From the IMG/VR virus record IMGVR_UViG_2579778633_000006: a DNA stretch of 16,004 nucleotides; one strand, given 5' to 3'. This DNA is from a virus. Taxonomy: Duplodnaviria; Heunggongvirae; Uroviricota; Caudoviricetes. Below are positions 1 to 7,710 of the stretch, piece after piece. The position numbers and the translations under genes are program-made. The notes below the pieces were generated by a model. It was not told where the DNA came from and made no database searches. It saw only the letters and a program-made list of their open reading frames with translations. Within the stretch, counting starts at the first letter, position 1. Every line of letters starts with the position of its first letter.

Positions 1-474
1 ATGTACAGTCCGGTACAAATAGCCAATAAATTCATAACGTTGGGAAACCAACATCATAATCCTCTGACCCACATGCAACTGCAGAAGCTTACTTATATTG
101 CCCATGGTTACTATTTAGCATTAACAGGTAAGCCTTTGCTCAATGAATGTGTCTCCGCGTGGAAGTACGGTCCAGTTATTCCTGGAATGTACGATGCTTT
201 CAAAGACTATGGGAATAAACCTGTTACGAATGTAGCAGTAGCTCCTTTTGGTGGCATCGTTACTATGGATCCGCAAGCAGAGAGCATTATCGGGGCTGTT
301 TATAAGTTTTACGGCTCGAAAAATGGAATTGAGTTATCAACTCTAACTCATATGCCAGGTACGCCTTGGTCACAAGCTTATAATGGTATTGGCTCGTCGA
401 TCATCTCAAATGATGCGATCAAGGCTTATTATCATGATTTATTGAATAACCGACAGCAATGTCAGGGCCTCTGA
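1..474 (+). CDS. Panacea-domain (DUF4065, SocA/GepA-like) protein; putative antitoxin-type component
   Basis: 157-aa ORF starting at ATG at position 1. Motifs recalled from DUF4065 proteins: LQKLTYIAHGYYLA, AWKYGPV, THMPGTPW. Followed after a 22-nt gap by a co-oriented ORF. Confidence 0.65.
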   Translation: MYSPVQIANKFITLGNQHHNPLTHMQLQKLTYIAHGYYLALTGKPLLNECVSAWKYGPVIPGMYDAFKDYGNKPVTNVAVAPFGGIVTMDPQAESIIGAVYKFYGSKNGIELSTLTHMPGTPWSQAYNGIGSSIISNDAIKAYYHDLLNNRQQCQGL

Positions 475-496
475 AAAAGTAATATTCAGGGATGAC

Positions 497-1045
497 ATGT
501 CTCATAATTCAGATATCTATAAACTGATCGGAGCGGCCGCAGGTGTTGAAAATGGTCGCTCTGAAGCATCCTTAAACTCTACTGACAGTCAAGAGCAGGC
601 TTTTGAATCCGCATTTGAGCCGTCTAATCATGAACGCGATGATGATTCTTCTTCAGAAAATAAGGCTATTCTGGAGGAAGAAGAGTTTGGTTCTAATACT
701 GGTGCATTGCATGAGTTTATGCAGCAGAACAGAATGGACAGTCTTCAAGCTCAGCTTGATATGCTCAAATCACAAGTACGGGATAAGATAGCTGACGCAA
801 CTGGTAAAGAAATAGACAATGAGCTCCGGACAAAAATGGCATCATTCACGGTTTGGTTTATGTCGTGTTGGTGCTTATTCGTTGTCGCAATGTTTACATC
901 GTTTCTTATTGCACATGAAGGAAAGGCTCCAGTTGAAGCGATCGTTGCATTACTAGGTACAAGTACAATTAGTATTGTTGGTTTGGTTGGTTTCGTTGTT
1001 AGTGGATTGTTCAAATCAAGAAAAGATAGTGATAAAGAAAAATAA
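497..1045 (+). CDS. Hypothetical small membrane protein (acidic N-terminal region, two C-terminal TM helices); candidate toxin partner of the upstream Panacea protein
   Basis: 182-aa ORF with AGGGA 6 nt upstream of ATG. C-terminal hydrophobic stretches FTVWFMSCWCLFVVAMFTSFLI and AIVALLGTSTISIVGLVGFVVSGLF. Ends at a hairpin terminator. Confidence 0.5.
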   Translation: MSHNSDIYKLIGAAAGVENGRSEASLNSTDSQEQAFESAFEPSNHERDDDSSSENKAILEEEEFGSNTGALHEFMQQNRMDSLQAQLDMLKSQVRDKIADATGKEIDNELRTKMASFTVWFMSCWCLFVVAMFTSFLIAHEGKAPVEAIVALLGTSTISIVGLVGFVVSGLFKSRKDSDKEK

Positions 1046-1078
1046 CCCGTACATATACGGGTTATCCATAGTTTTAGT
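1044..1078. terminator. Bidirectional intrinsic terminator between convergent genes
   Basis: Perfect 8-bp stem AACCCGTA(1044-1051)/TACGGGTT(1056-1063) with 4-nt loop; T-rich sequence on both strands flanking the stem. Confidence 0.5.
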
Positions 1079-1348
1079 TTAGTTATATTTTTTTTCCGTT
1101 CTGACTTTTTCCCACTCAGCTCGCCCTTCTTCCCGTCTTTTGTCAATATATTCCGCAAGATCCTGAATGTTGATGCAGCGTTTTGCTTTTTGTGATGTAC
1201 CGATGCGATATGTAGGTACAGGCAACTTACAAGCGTTTGCTTTTGCTTCTGCTGTGGCTGGACTCATACCAAAGTATTTTTGACTAACTGCTGAGAGTTC
1301 AATGTTTGGGGTATTGAATTCAGCCATCAGTAAAAACAAGGTATTCAT
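1079..1348 (-). CDS. PrtN-family (pyocin activator-like) small DNA-binding protein
   Basis: 89-aa ORF; N-terminus MNTLFLLMAEF and central LPVPTYRIG...SQKAKRCINIQDLAEYID resemble PrtN-family proteins as I recall them. GGAGA RBS about 8 nt upstream of ATG (minus strand). Confidence 0.5.
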   Translation of the reverse strand: MNTLFLLMAEFNTPNIELSAVSQKYFGMSPATAEAKANACKLPVPTYRIGTSQKAKRCINIQDLAEYIDKRREEGRAEWEKVRTEKKYN

Positions 1349-1384
1349 ATCATTTCTCCATCATAACCGGCTGCACCCGGTGAG

Positions 1385-2221
1385 TTACTTATTCATTTCA
1401 ATAATATTATTTTCTATCATTGATTTATTTAAAACCAAAGAAGGAGCAAGATGGTTGTCTATTTTAAACAATGCATAACTTTTAAACTGTTGGTGATATC
1501 CGTAACTAATAAGGATGCTAGAAAAATCTCTTAATTCATCTTCTTTTAAAAAATTAAAATGAAATGGGTTGTCACCATTTATGAACAATGAAACATCTAT
1601 TATGCAGTATTTCTCTCTGTTGTCATTTGCATAGAAAAAAATATAAGACATTCTGTTTGTTAAGACAATGCCATTAAATTTTCTTATGTCTGTAGCTATT
1701 TTGTTTTCCATGTTTGGTGCCACATATTTATTTTCAGAAATACATTTAATTTCATCTCCAGATGTCGTGATTATATAAAAATGAAACTTATCATAAATAT
1801 CTAACTTAACTACGCCATCATTATTATAAAGGCTGCTAAATTTTGGTGGTTCAACTTTTAAAGAATCATAGTTCTTTAAAAGAAGAGGGGAGTCAAATTT
1901 AATAACTTGTAGTATCCCTTTACCTTCAACCTCCATATTGATTGAAGATATAGCAATTGCATTATCTCTTTTATTATTCAGGATTATGGTTGATATATGC
2001 ATGTCATATATTCTACTTGCATTTGCTGAATACGACACTGTCACCTTTTTTGATATTTTTTGCACGCCAAAATATATAGTGAAGGCAGCGGCAAGAATAG
2101 ATAAGAATTTAATGTCAAATAAGGACCATAGCCACATTAGTTGCTCAATTGCTTCAGAGTTAATCATTTGCTTTACCATTATCGCTGTAATACAACACAT
2201 GTGTATATATACGCAATGCAA
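1385..2221 (-). CDS. Hypothetical protein, AT-rich, with N-terminal TM helix; start codon uncertain (alternative ATGs at 2179 and 2167)
   Basis: 278-aa ORF in markedly AT-rich DNA; hydrophobic segment FLSILAAAFTIYFGV near N-terminus; no motif I can assign. Confidence 0.45.
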   Translation of the reverse strand: MHCVYIHMCCITAIMVKQMINSEAIEQLMWLWSLFDIKFLSILAAAFTIYFGVQKISKKVTVSYSANASRIYDMHISTIILNNKRDNAIAISSINMEVEGKGILQVIKFDSPLLLKNYDSLKVEPPKFSSLYNNDGVVKLDIYDKFHFYIITTSGDEIKCISENKYVAPNMENKIATDIRKFNGIVLTNRMSYIFFYANDNREKYCIIDVSLFINGDNPFHFNFLKEDELRDFSSILISYGYHQQFKSYALFKIDNHLAPSLVLNKSMIENNIIEMNK

Positions 2222-2353
2222 TTATTTTGCAAGTGCTTCATTTACTATCAATAGCTTCGTCACGTTATTGTTTAATGGTTCTTTATAGGGGCGGCAATAG
2301 TTAAAATTATCGCTTCCGTAAACGCCCCCGCAGGGGCATTTGCAGTAATGAAA

Positions 2354-3178
2354 TCAGGCGGTGAAAGTACCAATAAAGGTTTCTACTTTGCTGTCTTTGA
2401 ATTTCTCAACAAGCAGATCACGAAATTCGTTAGCCATTTCTTCCTGTACCGCTTCCAGCTGAATAATGCGCAGAACCAGTACAGGACGATCGCCAGTGAT
2501 AATGCTGAGGCGTAATTTAAACGGACGTTCTTTCAGACCTTCAAACGGAACGCATTTAAATTCAAATGCCACTGGCATAATGTCTTTGGTCTTCGCTTCG
2601 ACAGACTCCATCAGGGAGCGTTTGCCGCTGAAGTCATTATCTTCAAAATCAGCGGTCTGGTTCGCTTCAATTGTGATTTTACGGATCGCCGCAGCCGCTT
2701 TGGTTGCCTGAATGGCGTCACCATTAGCATCAAAGCCCACAAGGTAGTCGGCCCAGTCTTCAATCCATTCTGCCAGTGACTTCTGGGAGTTACGCTCGCC
2801 GTTAACAGACAACAGAGCAGAGAACGGTGCTGTCTTTTTCAGTTTGAGAGTGGCGGTGTTATCTGCGTGACCTGGTTCATCAATAGTACCCAGGTTAAGC
2901 ACACTGACGGCACGCATATTATCGGCATCGATAAAGCAGCGGGTGCCTTCATCTGCAAGAACTTTAGAATAACGGGTAAAGTCATCGATGCTGGCAGTGG
3001 AAAGCGCACCACGGAAACGGAAGCGATTTAAATTAAATTTTTCCAGATCATGAATGCGGAAATTCTCAGGCAATGCCACAGCATCGGCACCAATCTTACT
3101 GATAATTTCATTAACACCCTGAGCAGAAATAAGGGCATGGATTTGATTAATTGCGGTTGCGTCTAAGTTCTGAGACAT
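2354..3178 (-). CDS. YfdQ-like (DUF2303) prophage protein
   Basis: 274-aa ORF with E. coli-typical codon usage; GAGGA RBS ~7 nt upstream of ATG at 3176-3178; length and N-terminus match my recollection of CPS-53 YfdQ-family proteins. Confidence 0.5.
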   Translation of the reverse strand: MSQNLDATAINQIHALISAQGVNEIISKIGADAVALPENFRIHDLEKFNLNRFRFRGALSTASIDDFTRYSKVLADEGTRCFIDADNMRAVSVLNLGTIDEPGHADNTATLKLKKTAPFSALLSVNGERNSQKSLAEWIEDWADYLVGFDANGDAIQATKAAAAIRKITIEANQTADFEDNDFSGKRSLMESVEAKTKDIMPVAFEFKCVPFEGLKERPFKLRLSIITGDRPVLVLRIIQLEAVQEEMANEFRDLLVEKFKDSKVETFIGTFTA

Positions 3179-3243
3179 AATAAGTCCTCACTATATAAAA
3201 ATATTCAGTGATGAGATAAATAATCAGTTTATTAAGAACGATA

Positions 3244-3606
3244 TTAACGACCTGCTGCGCGGAGTTTTCCGTCAGGTTCACCGGCAAGAGTCAGTAATTG
3301 TCCCTGGTCCTCCTGCAGAATAGTCAGGCGACCACCGCGATTGACATACATCGGCGTTTCGGTGGTGTCTTCTTCGGAAATTTTCCCGCGGTTAGTCGGG
3401 CGAACATATGAGAGTTTGTGTTTGATTTTCACACGGTTCTCATCAAATGGTTCGATTTCCAGGTTGAGTGAGACCTTACCTTTGGTTTTCGTGTTCATCA
3501 CACCGGAAGCGACTTCACTGAGAACTGCGCCGATTTTGGTTTCAAATACGCCGCCGTCCAGCTCCCCGATAAATGCCTGCACATCAGTACTGCGTTCGCT
3601 AGCCAT
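3244..3606 (-). CDS. Conserved prophage protein of unknown function (120 aa)
   Basis: Start placed at internal ATG 3604-3606 (MASERSTDVQ...) because GAGGAG (3614-3619, minus strand) sits 7 nt upstream; the longer 197-aa ORF extension has implausible Cys/His/Arg/Pro-rich composition and runs through strong hairpins. Confidence 0.5.
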   Translation of the reverse strand: MASERSTDVQAFIGELDGGVFETKIGAVLSEVASGVMNTKTKGKVSLNLEIEPFDENRVKIKHKLSYVRPTNRGKISEEDTTETPMYVNRGGRLTILQEDQGQLLTLAGEPDGKLRAAGR

Positions 3607-3654
3607 TTTGCTGCTCCTCATCATATCGACCCTGCAAGGTCGGTTGGTTTCTCC

Positions 3655-3789
3655 ACAAAACAGAGAAGAACACCTGCGGTGGCAGCCGCCCGGATGGATT
3701 GGGTTATGAGCCCGTCGTCCGGTGATGCTCTTCTCTGTTTTGTAAAAAGAGCGGTACCAGCCGGAAGCAAGTGTACAAACTGGTACCGC
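3655..3789 (-). other. Tandem stem-loops in the long leader between candidate OL operators and the first leftward gene (possible structured RNA or antitermination-type element)
   Basis: 16-nt inverted repeat with 1 mismatch (3655-3670 ACAAAACAGAGAAGAA vs 3728-3743 CTCTTCTCTGTTTTGT), followed by a perfect 10-bp inverted repeat GCGGTACCAG(3751-3760)/CTGGTACCGC(3780-3789). No convincing ORF in the 666-bp gap 3607-4272. Confidence 0.3.
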
Positions 3790-4189
3790 CAAAGCAGTGG
3801 CTGTTGTGGTGGGGTTGTCACTCAGGCGTATGGTCAACCTGACAATCCGGTGTCCTCAACGGGGAAAGAGTAACCCCGCCATACTTACCGCCGCGCCATT
3901 TCGCGGATTACCACAACGCTGAGAGCACTTAGCCAGTTACGGCACCACACTTTGTCGCGGTTCCATAAATGCCCTCATCGTTGCACCCTGGTCTCTTCCC
4001 AGGCGTCAAACCGGATCGCCACGCTGGTTAGGCGTCTTATCAGCATCATCATTGACTTGCACATTCCGGCTACCTGGTTTGTTTGCCCGAGCAAGGAGTG
4101 GATTGTCCCCTTTAACGTCCCCAGACCGCTAACGACGCATGTGCCATACGCCGTGTTACAACCAAATTTAGTTTAATCTTGCCTGTGTT

Positions 4190-4228
4190 ATGTATCCTAT
4201 AGATACATTATGTATCTTAAGGGTACAT
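4190..4228. promoter_or_regulatory. Two adjacent 7-5-7 palindromic operator-like sites downstream of the repressor gene (OL-like)
   Basis: ATGTATC-ctata-GATACAT (4190-4208) and ATGTATC-ttaag-GGTACAT (4210-4228); same half-site family as the palindromes in the cI/cro intergenic region. Confidence 0.45.
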
Positions 4229-4238
4229 TGTCAAGTAT

Positions 4239-4262
4239 AAAAAAACCTGCCGAAGCAGGTTA
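4239..4262 (-). terminator. Intrinsic terminator downstream of the repressor gene
   Basis: Stem ACCTGC(4245-4250)/GCAGGT(4255-4260) with CGAA loop; A7 run on plus strand (4239-4245) gives a U-run immediately 3' of the hairpin on the minus-strand transcript; 12 nt after the cI-like stop codon. Confidence 0.5.
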
Positions 4263-4272
4263 TAAATATTGA

Positions 4273-4947
4273 TTAGGCCTTTATTTTGTATCTTCTTGGT
4301 TTTCCTGAGAAAATCACTGTACCAATTATAGAGCAATTACCGTTGATCTTAATGTAAGGTTCAGGCCAGTTTGGGTTTAATGCTTTGAGGTAACGCTGTG
4401 TTCCATCTTCTATCAACCGCTTGAAGGTGGTTTCGCCTGTATCGTGCATCAATGCAATAACGTCGTCACCGTGGCAGGCAGGGACTTCAGGATCAACAAA
4501 AATCATGTCTCCCGGGCGGTACTCATCAATCATTGAATCACCAATCACCCGCAAGATATAAGTCATTTCGCCACAGGGTACAGGGCAGGGATAAGTTTCT
4601 GCTGTGCTCAAATCAACCTCAGAATAGCCAACTTCTTTCCATGCTCCGGCCTGTACCCATGATATGACAGGGACTAACGTTATTTGTTTGTTAGTGATTG
4701 AAACGTCAGGTTTTTTTGTGATGTTCGTTGTCTGGTGTTCTTGATCAAGCCATCCGACAGGCAGGTCGAAACATTTTTCGATGTGCCGTGCCATGCTGTC
4801 ACCGATATTTTTAGTTGCACCATCTCCCATAAACCTGCTGGTCTGGGTTGGCTCGCGATCAATCATGGTGGCAAAGGAAGAATTCCCGCCAACACCATCT
4901 CTCAGTTTTCTGGCGTTAGACCGCCGGATGTCATGGACTGTTTTCAT
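4273..4947 (-). CDS. CI-type phage repressor (N-terminal HTH, C-terminal LexA-like S24 peptidase domain)
   Basis: 224-aa ORF; C-terminal VIGDSM (Ser nucleophile context) and downstream FKRL (Lys) typical of autocleaving CI/LexA-family repressors; divergent from a Cro-like gene. Confidence 0.85.
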   Translation of the reverse strand: MKTVHDIRRSNARKLRDGVGGNSSFATMIDREPTQTSRFMGDGATKNIGDSMARHIEKCFDLPVGWLDQEHQTTNITKKPDVSITNKQITLVPVISWVQAGAWKEVGYSEVDLSTAETYPCPVPCGEMTYILRVIGDSMIDEYRPGDMIFVDPEVPACHGDDVIALMHDTGETTFKRLIEDGTQRYLKALNPNWPEPYIKINGNCSIIGTVIFSGKPRRYKIKA

Positions 4948-4963
4948 AAAGAAATTAAAACCT

Positions 4964-5032
4964 TTGTACCGATAAGGTACAAGTATCTTGAAGGTTCATC
5001 TCAATCATGTAATATGTATACCGGAGGTACAT
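4964..5032. promoter_or_regulatory. Immunity switch region: two 7-5-7 operator-like palindromes plus candidate rightward promoter
   Basis: TTGTACC-gataa-GGTACAA (4964-4982) and ATGTATA-ccgga-GGTACAT (5014-5032); candidate -35 TTGAAG (4988-4993) and -10 TAATAT (5010-5015) with 16-nt spacing; the second palindrome overlaps the -10 and the cro RBS. Confidence 0.45.
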
Positions 5033-5037
5033 ATTGT

Positions 5038-5238
5038 ATGAAAGCGTATTGGGACTCTTTAACCAAAGAACAGCAGGGTGAGTTGGCCGGAAAAGTTGGC
5101 TCAACACCAGGCTACTTACGGCTGGTTTTCAATGGTTATAAAAAAGCCAGTTTTGTGCTGGCTAAAAAACTTGAGCAATGCACGTCAGGTGCAATTACGA
5201 AATCTGACTTAAGACCGGATATCTATCCGAAAGATTAA
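5038..5238 (+). CDS. Cro-like small HTH regulator
   Basis: 66-aa reading frame starting at ATG 5038 with GGAGG 10 nt upstream; the longer ORF 4735-5238 is antisense to the repressor gene upstream of this ATG. Divergent from the CI-type repressor. Confidence 0.55.
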   Translation: MKAYWDSLTKEQQGELAGKVGSTPGYLRLVFNGYKKASFVLAKKLEQCTSGAITKSDLRPDIYPKD

Positions 5239-5269
5239 CAGAACACCTTCAATTTTTAACCACAGAACG

Positions 5270-5833
5270 ATGAGGCTAACCGTGGGTAAGCATCACTGGA
5301 AAGTAGAAAAACAGCCTGAGTGGTACGTGAAAGCTGTCAGAAAAACTATCGCGGCGTTGCCGGGGGGTTACGCTGAAGCTGCTGAGTGGCTGGATGTAAC
5401 AGAGAACGCTTTATTCAACCGCCTTCGTGCAGATGGCGATCAGATTTTCCCGCTGGGATGGGCAATGATTTTACAGCGCGCGGCTGGCACTCACTACATT
5501 GCGGATGCTGTCGCACAGTCTGCTGGTGGGGTGTTTGTATCGCTTCCTGAAATTGAGGAAGTAGAGAACGCCGATATAAACCAGCGCCTGCTGGAAGTCA
5601 TCGAACAGATCGGGAGTTACTCAAAGCAGATTCGTTCGGCAATCGAAGATGGGGTAGTGGAGCCACACGAGCAGACAGCAATTAATGATGAGTTGTATCT
5701 GTCAATTTCGAAGCTCCAGGAGCATGCAGCACTGGTCTACAAAATCTTTTGCGCTCCAGAAAAGAGTGACGCCCGCGAGTGTGCAGCTCCGGGCGTCGTG
5801 GCGTTTTGTGTCTGTGGAGAAACTAACGCATGA
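5270..5833 (+). CDS. Hypothetical early-operon protein in the CII-like position (possible regulator); start may be GTG at 5282
   Basis: 187-aa ORF directly after cro-like gene; stop overlaps next start (ATGA at 5830-5833). Function not recognisable by eye. Confidence 0.45.
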   Translation: MRLTVGKHHWKVEKQPEWYVKAVRKTIAALPGGYAEAAEWLDVTENALFNRLRADGDQIFPLGWAMILQRAAGTHYIADAVAQSAGGVFVSLPEIEEVENADINQRLLEVIEQIGSYSKQIRSAIEDGVVEPHEQTAINDELYLSISKLQEHAALVYKIFCAPEKSDARECAAPGVVAFCVCGETNA

Positions 5834-6666
5834 ACAGTTTAACGGCAAATAACCGTTTGTCGCAACAGCTGGTGGTCAGTGTCGCTGAACACCTGTTGTT
5901 ACGGCATGAATGCAGATTACCAAATCACCTGGCTGTAAGTAACCACAGAGAACTTTACCTGACTGTGGGGGGCGAGTTGTGCAGGAACTTAACCGCTGGT
6001 TTCGTGACGGAAGAGGGCTTTATGTCCATGTTATTCGTTGGGAGCCAGAAACACAGCGCGTTATCTATCTTCGCAAAGACTACCCGCATGAGTGCTTTAG
6101 TCCTTTGTGGAAATTCAGGCGTGATTTTGTTGAGTGTGAAGGACCACCAGCACATTGATTCTGCCATTCCGGGACGTTACACTGTTCAGGCACCTTATAA
6201 AGCGGGTGCCGGGATTGGCGTCCTGGAAATGTTATCGGCGATATATGACGCGCCAGCGTCTTTTTTATCGTCTGCGTCTGTGCACACCCAAATTATGGTG
6301 GGCTGGACGGGGGCACCGAAAGGTGCGCCGGTTTCCGATAACGCCGGTTACGCCAACCCCGTTCAGTTCACCACCAGCGAAATTGGCGTTTCCGGTGGTG
6401 AAGGTAATTCACTGTTATCGGAGGCTGCCATCATGGCTACTGTCCCAGCCCTCACTCGTCTGAATGATGAAGACTTACATAAACTCAGTTATGTAACAAC
6501 TGCACTACGTGCTCTGCGCAAGGTAACTCTTTCGGATCCGCAGGCGCATCAAGTTCTGGTAGAAACCCTTCTTAACTTGCAGGCTGAACGTATTCGTCTG
6601 GCGGATAAGGCTAATTTTCATATTCACCGTCTCCTGAATATCAGCGGAGGGCATCGTCATGCTTAA
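5830..6666 (+). CDS. Hypothetical protein (278 aa)
   Basis: Translationally coupled at both ends (ATGA overlap at 5830; ATG 6659 overlaps stop 6664-6666, AGCGGAGGG RBS); E. coli-like codon usage. No recognisable motif. Confidence 0.45.
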   Translation: MNSLTANNRLSQQLVVSVAEHLLLRHECRLPNHLAVSNHRELYLTVGGELCRNLTAGFVTEEGFMSMLFVGSQKHSALSIFAKTTRMSALVLCGNSGVILLSVKDHQHIDSAIPGRYTVQAPYKAGAGIGVLEMLSAIYDAPASFLSSASVHTQIMVGWTGAPKGAPVSDNAGYANPVQFTTSEIGVSGGEGNSLLSEAAIMATVPALTRLNDEDLHKLSYVTTALRALRKVTLSDPQAHQVLVETLLNLQAERIRLADKANFHIHRLLNISGGHRHA

Positions 6667-6895
6667 TCCGTTGATCCTCAATATTTGCCGTTTGCTTCAG
6701 CGTAAAAAAACATCAATTCCTACAGTTGGGCAGTGGTACACCACACCTGCAGGGCATGTTCTACGTGTTAGCCTGGTTGACCGTGAATGCCAGAAGGTGA
6801 TTTGTGAACCGCTGGGCCGTAATTACCGCGTCAGTATGCCGCTTATAGCCTTTCGCTCCGGAAAAAACATGAAGCATCTCGGAGGTGCAGCATGA
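6659..6895 (+). CDS. Hypothetical small protein (78 aa)
   Basis: Coupled to flanking genes (ATGA overlap with next gene at 6892-6895; GGAGG at 6881-6885 serves the next start). Confidence 0.35.
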   Translation: MLNPLILNICRLLQRKKTSIPTVGQWYTTPAGHVLRVSLVDRECQKVICEPLGRNYRVSMPLIAFRSGKNMKHLGGAA

Positions 6896-7710
6896 GTATG
6901 GAGCTGATGGTTAAAGCGATGAAAATTCGAGTGGGTAATCCATTGCGAAAACTGGTTCTGATCAAGCTGGCTGATAATGCCAGCGATCAGGGTGAGTGCT
7001 GGCCCAGCTACCAGCATATTGCTGACCAGTGCGAGATTAGCAAACGTTCTGTGATGAATCATATTGCGGCCCTTTGTGAGTCCGGGCTGGTAAAAAAAGT
7101 CACCCGGAAAGGTGAAAAAGGTAACTCAAGTAATATCTATCTCCTTCATCTGGATGGTGCAGGAGATTCACTAGGGGGTAGTGCAAATAATTCACTATCT
7201 GGTGCAGCAAATTCACCAGGTAGTGCAGGAGTTGCACCAGGGGGTAGTGCAGGAGATTCACCCAGAACCAGTCACTCTTTTGAACCAGTCAAAGAACCAG
7301 TCAATGAACCAATAGCTGTTGGTGCATCAGTTGATGAGTCCGTGCGAGTTCGTTCAAACCGACCGGAATACTCTCCGGAGTTTGAGCAGGCATGGCTGGT
7401 ATATCCCAAACGTGCTGGTGGCAATTCAAAATCTGCAGCCTTCAAAGCCTGGAAAGCCCGTTTGAATGAGGGGGTAAACCCCGAAACCATGCTGGAAGGT
7501 GTGAAACGCTACGCGGGCTGGGTATCTGCGATGGGTAACAGCGGCACACAATTTGTGAAACAGGCTGTCACGTTCTTTGGTCCGGATCGTCATTTCGAAG
7601 AATCCTGGGAAGTTCCTGCGGTATCTGCAGCCAGACGCGAGGACCCGTACTTCAAAGCCAGTTACGACAACGTGGACTACAGCCAGATCCCGGCAGGATT
7701 CAGGGGGTGA
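6892..7710 (+). CDS. Putative replication protein with N-terminal HTH (winged-helix, HTH_36-like) domain and Gly/Ser-rich linker
   Basis: N-terminal LRKLVLIKLADNASDQGECWPSYQHIADQCEISKRSVMNHIAALCESGLV resembles the HTH found in phage replication initiators; low-complexity linker; C-terminal Trp/Tyr-rich domain. Confidence 0.5.
   Translation: MSMELMVKAMKIRVGNPLRKLVLIKLADNASDQGECWPSYQHIADQCEISKRSVMNHIAALCESGLVKKVTRKGEKGNSSNIYLLHLDGAGDSLGGSANNSLSGAANSPGSAGVAPGGSAGDSPRTSHSFEPVKEPVNEPIAVGASVDESVRVRSNRPEYSPEFEQAWLVYPKRAGGNSKSAAFKAWKARLNEGVNPETMLEGVKRYAGWVSAMGNSGTQFVKQAVTFFGPDRHFEESWEVPAVSAARREDPYFKASYDNVDYSQIPAGFRG
7156..7263 (+). repeat. In-frame imperfect DNA repeats encoding a Gly/Ser/Ala-rich linker
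   Basis: GTGCAGGAGATTCAC occurs at 7157-7171 and 7247-7261; AGGGGGTAGTGCA at 7173-7185 and 7239-7251; encodes AGDSLGGSANNSLSGAANSPGSAGVAPGGSAGDSP. Confidence 0.5.

Noticed and set aside
603-2711. Short overlapping or antisense ORFs (603-791 +, 751-1158 -, 1938-2288 +, 2466-2711 +)
   Set aside because: Each lies inside or antisense to a longer ORF with better coding character or recognisable motifs.
3607-3837. N-terminal extension of the 3244-3837 minus-strand ORF (197 aa)
   Set aside because: Extension is Cys/His/Arg/Pro-rich, has no RBS and runs through strong hairpins; an internal ATG at 3604-3606 has a GAGGAG RBS at ideal spacing, so the gene was called as 3244-3606.
3341-4176. ORFs 3341-3709 (+), 3621-3821 (-), 3679-3873 (+), 3952-4176 (+) in the long leader region
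   Set aside because: No RBS, odd amino-acid composition, and they cross the strong stem-loops; region interpreted as non-coding or structured.
4735-5037. Upstream part of ORF 4735-5238 (+)
   Set aside because: Antisense to the 5' end of the CI-type repressor gene; the Cro-like reading frame starts at ATG 5038 with its own RBS.
5955-6463. Alternative ORFs 5955-6167 (-) and 6155-6463 (+) overlapping the 278-aa gene
   Set aside because: The 5830-6666 frame is coupled to both neighbours by overlapping stop/start codons and has better codon usage; alternatives are Arg/Pro/Trp-rich.
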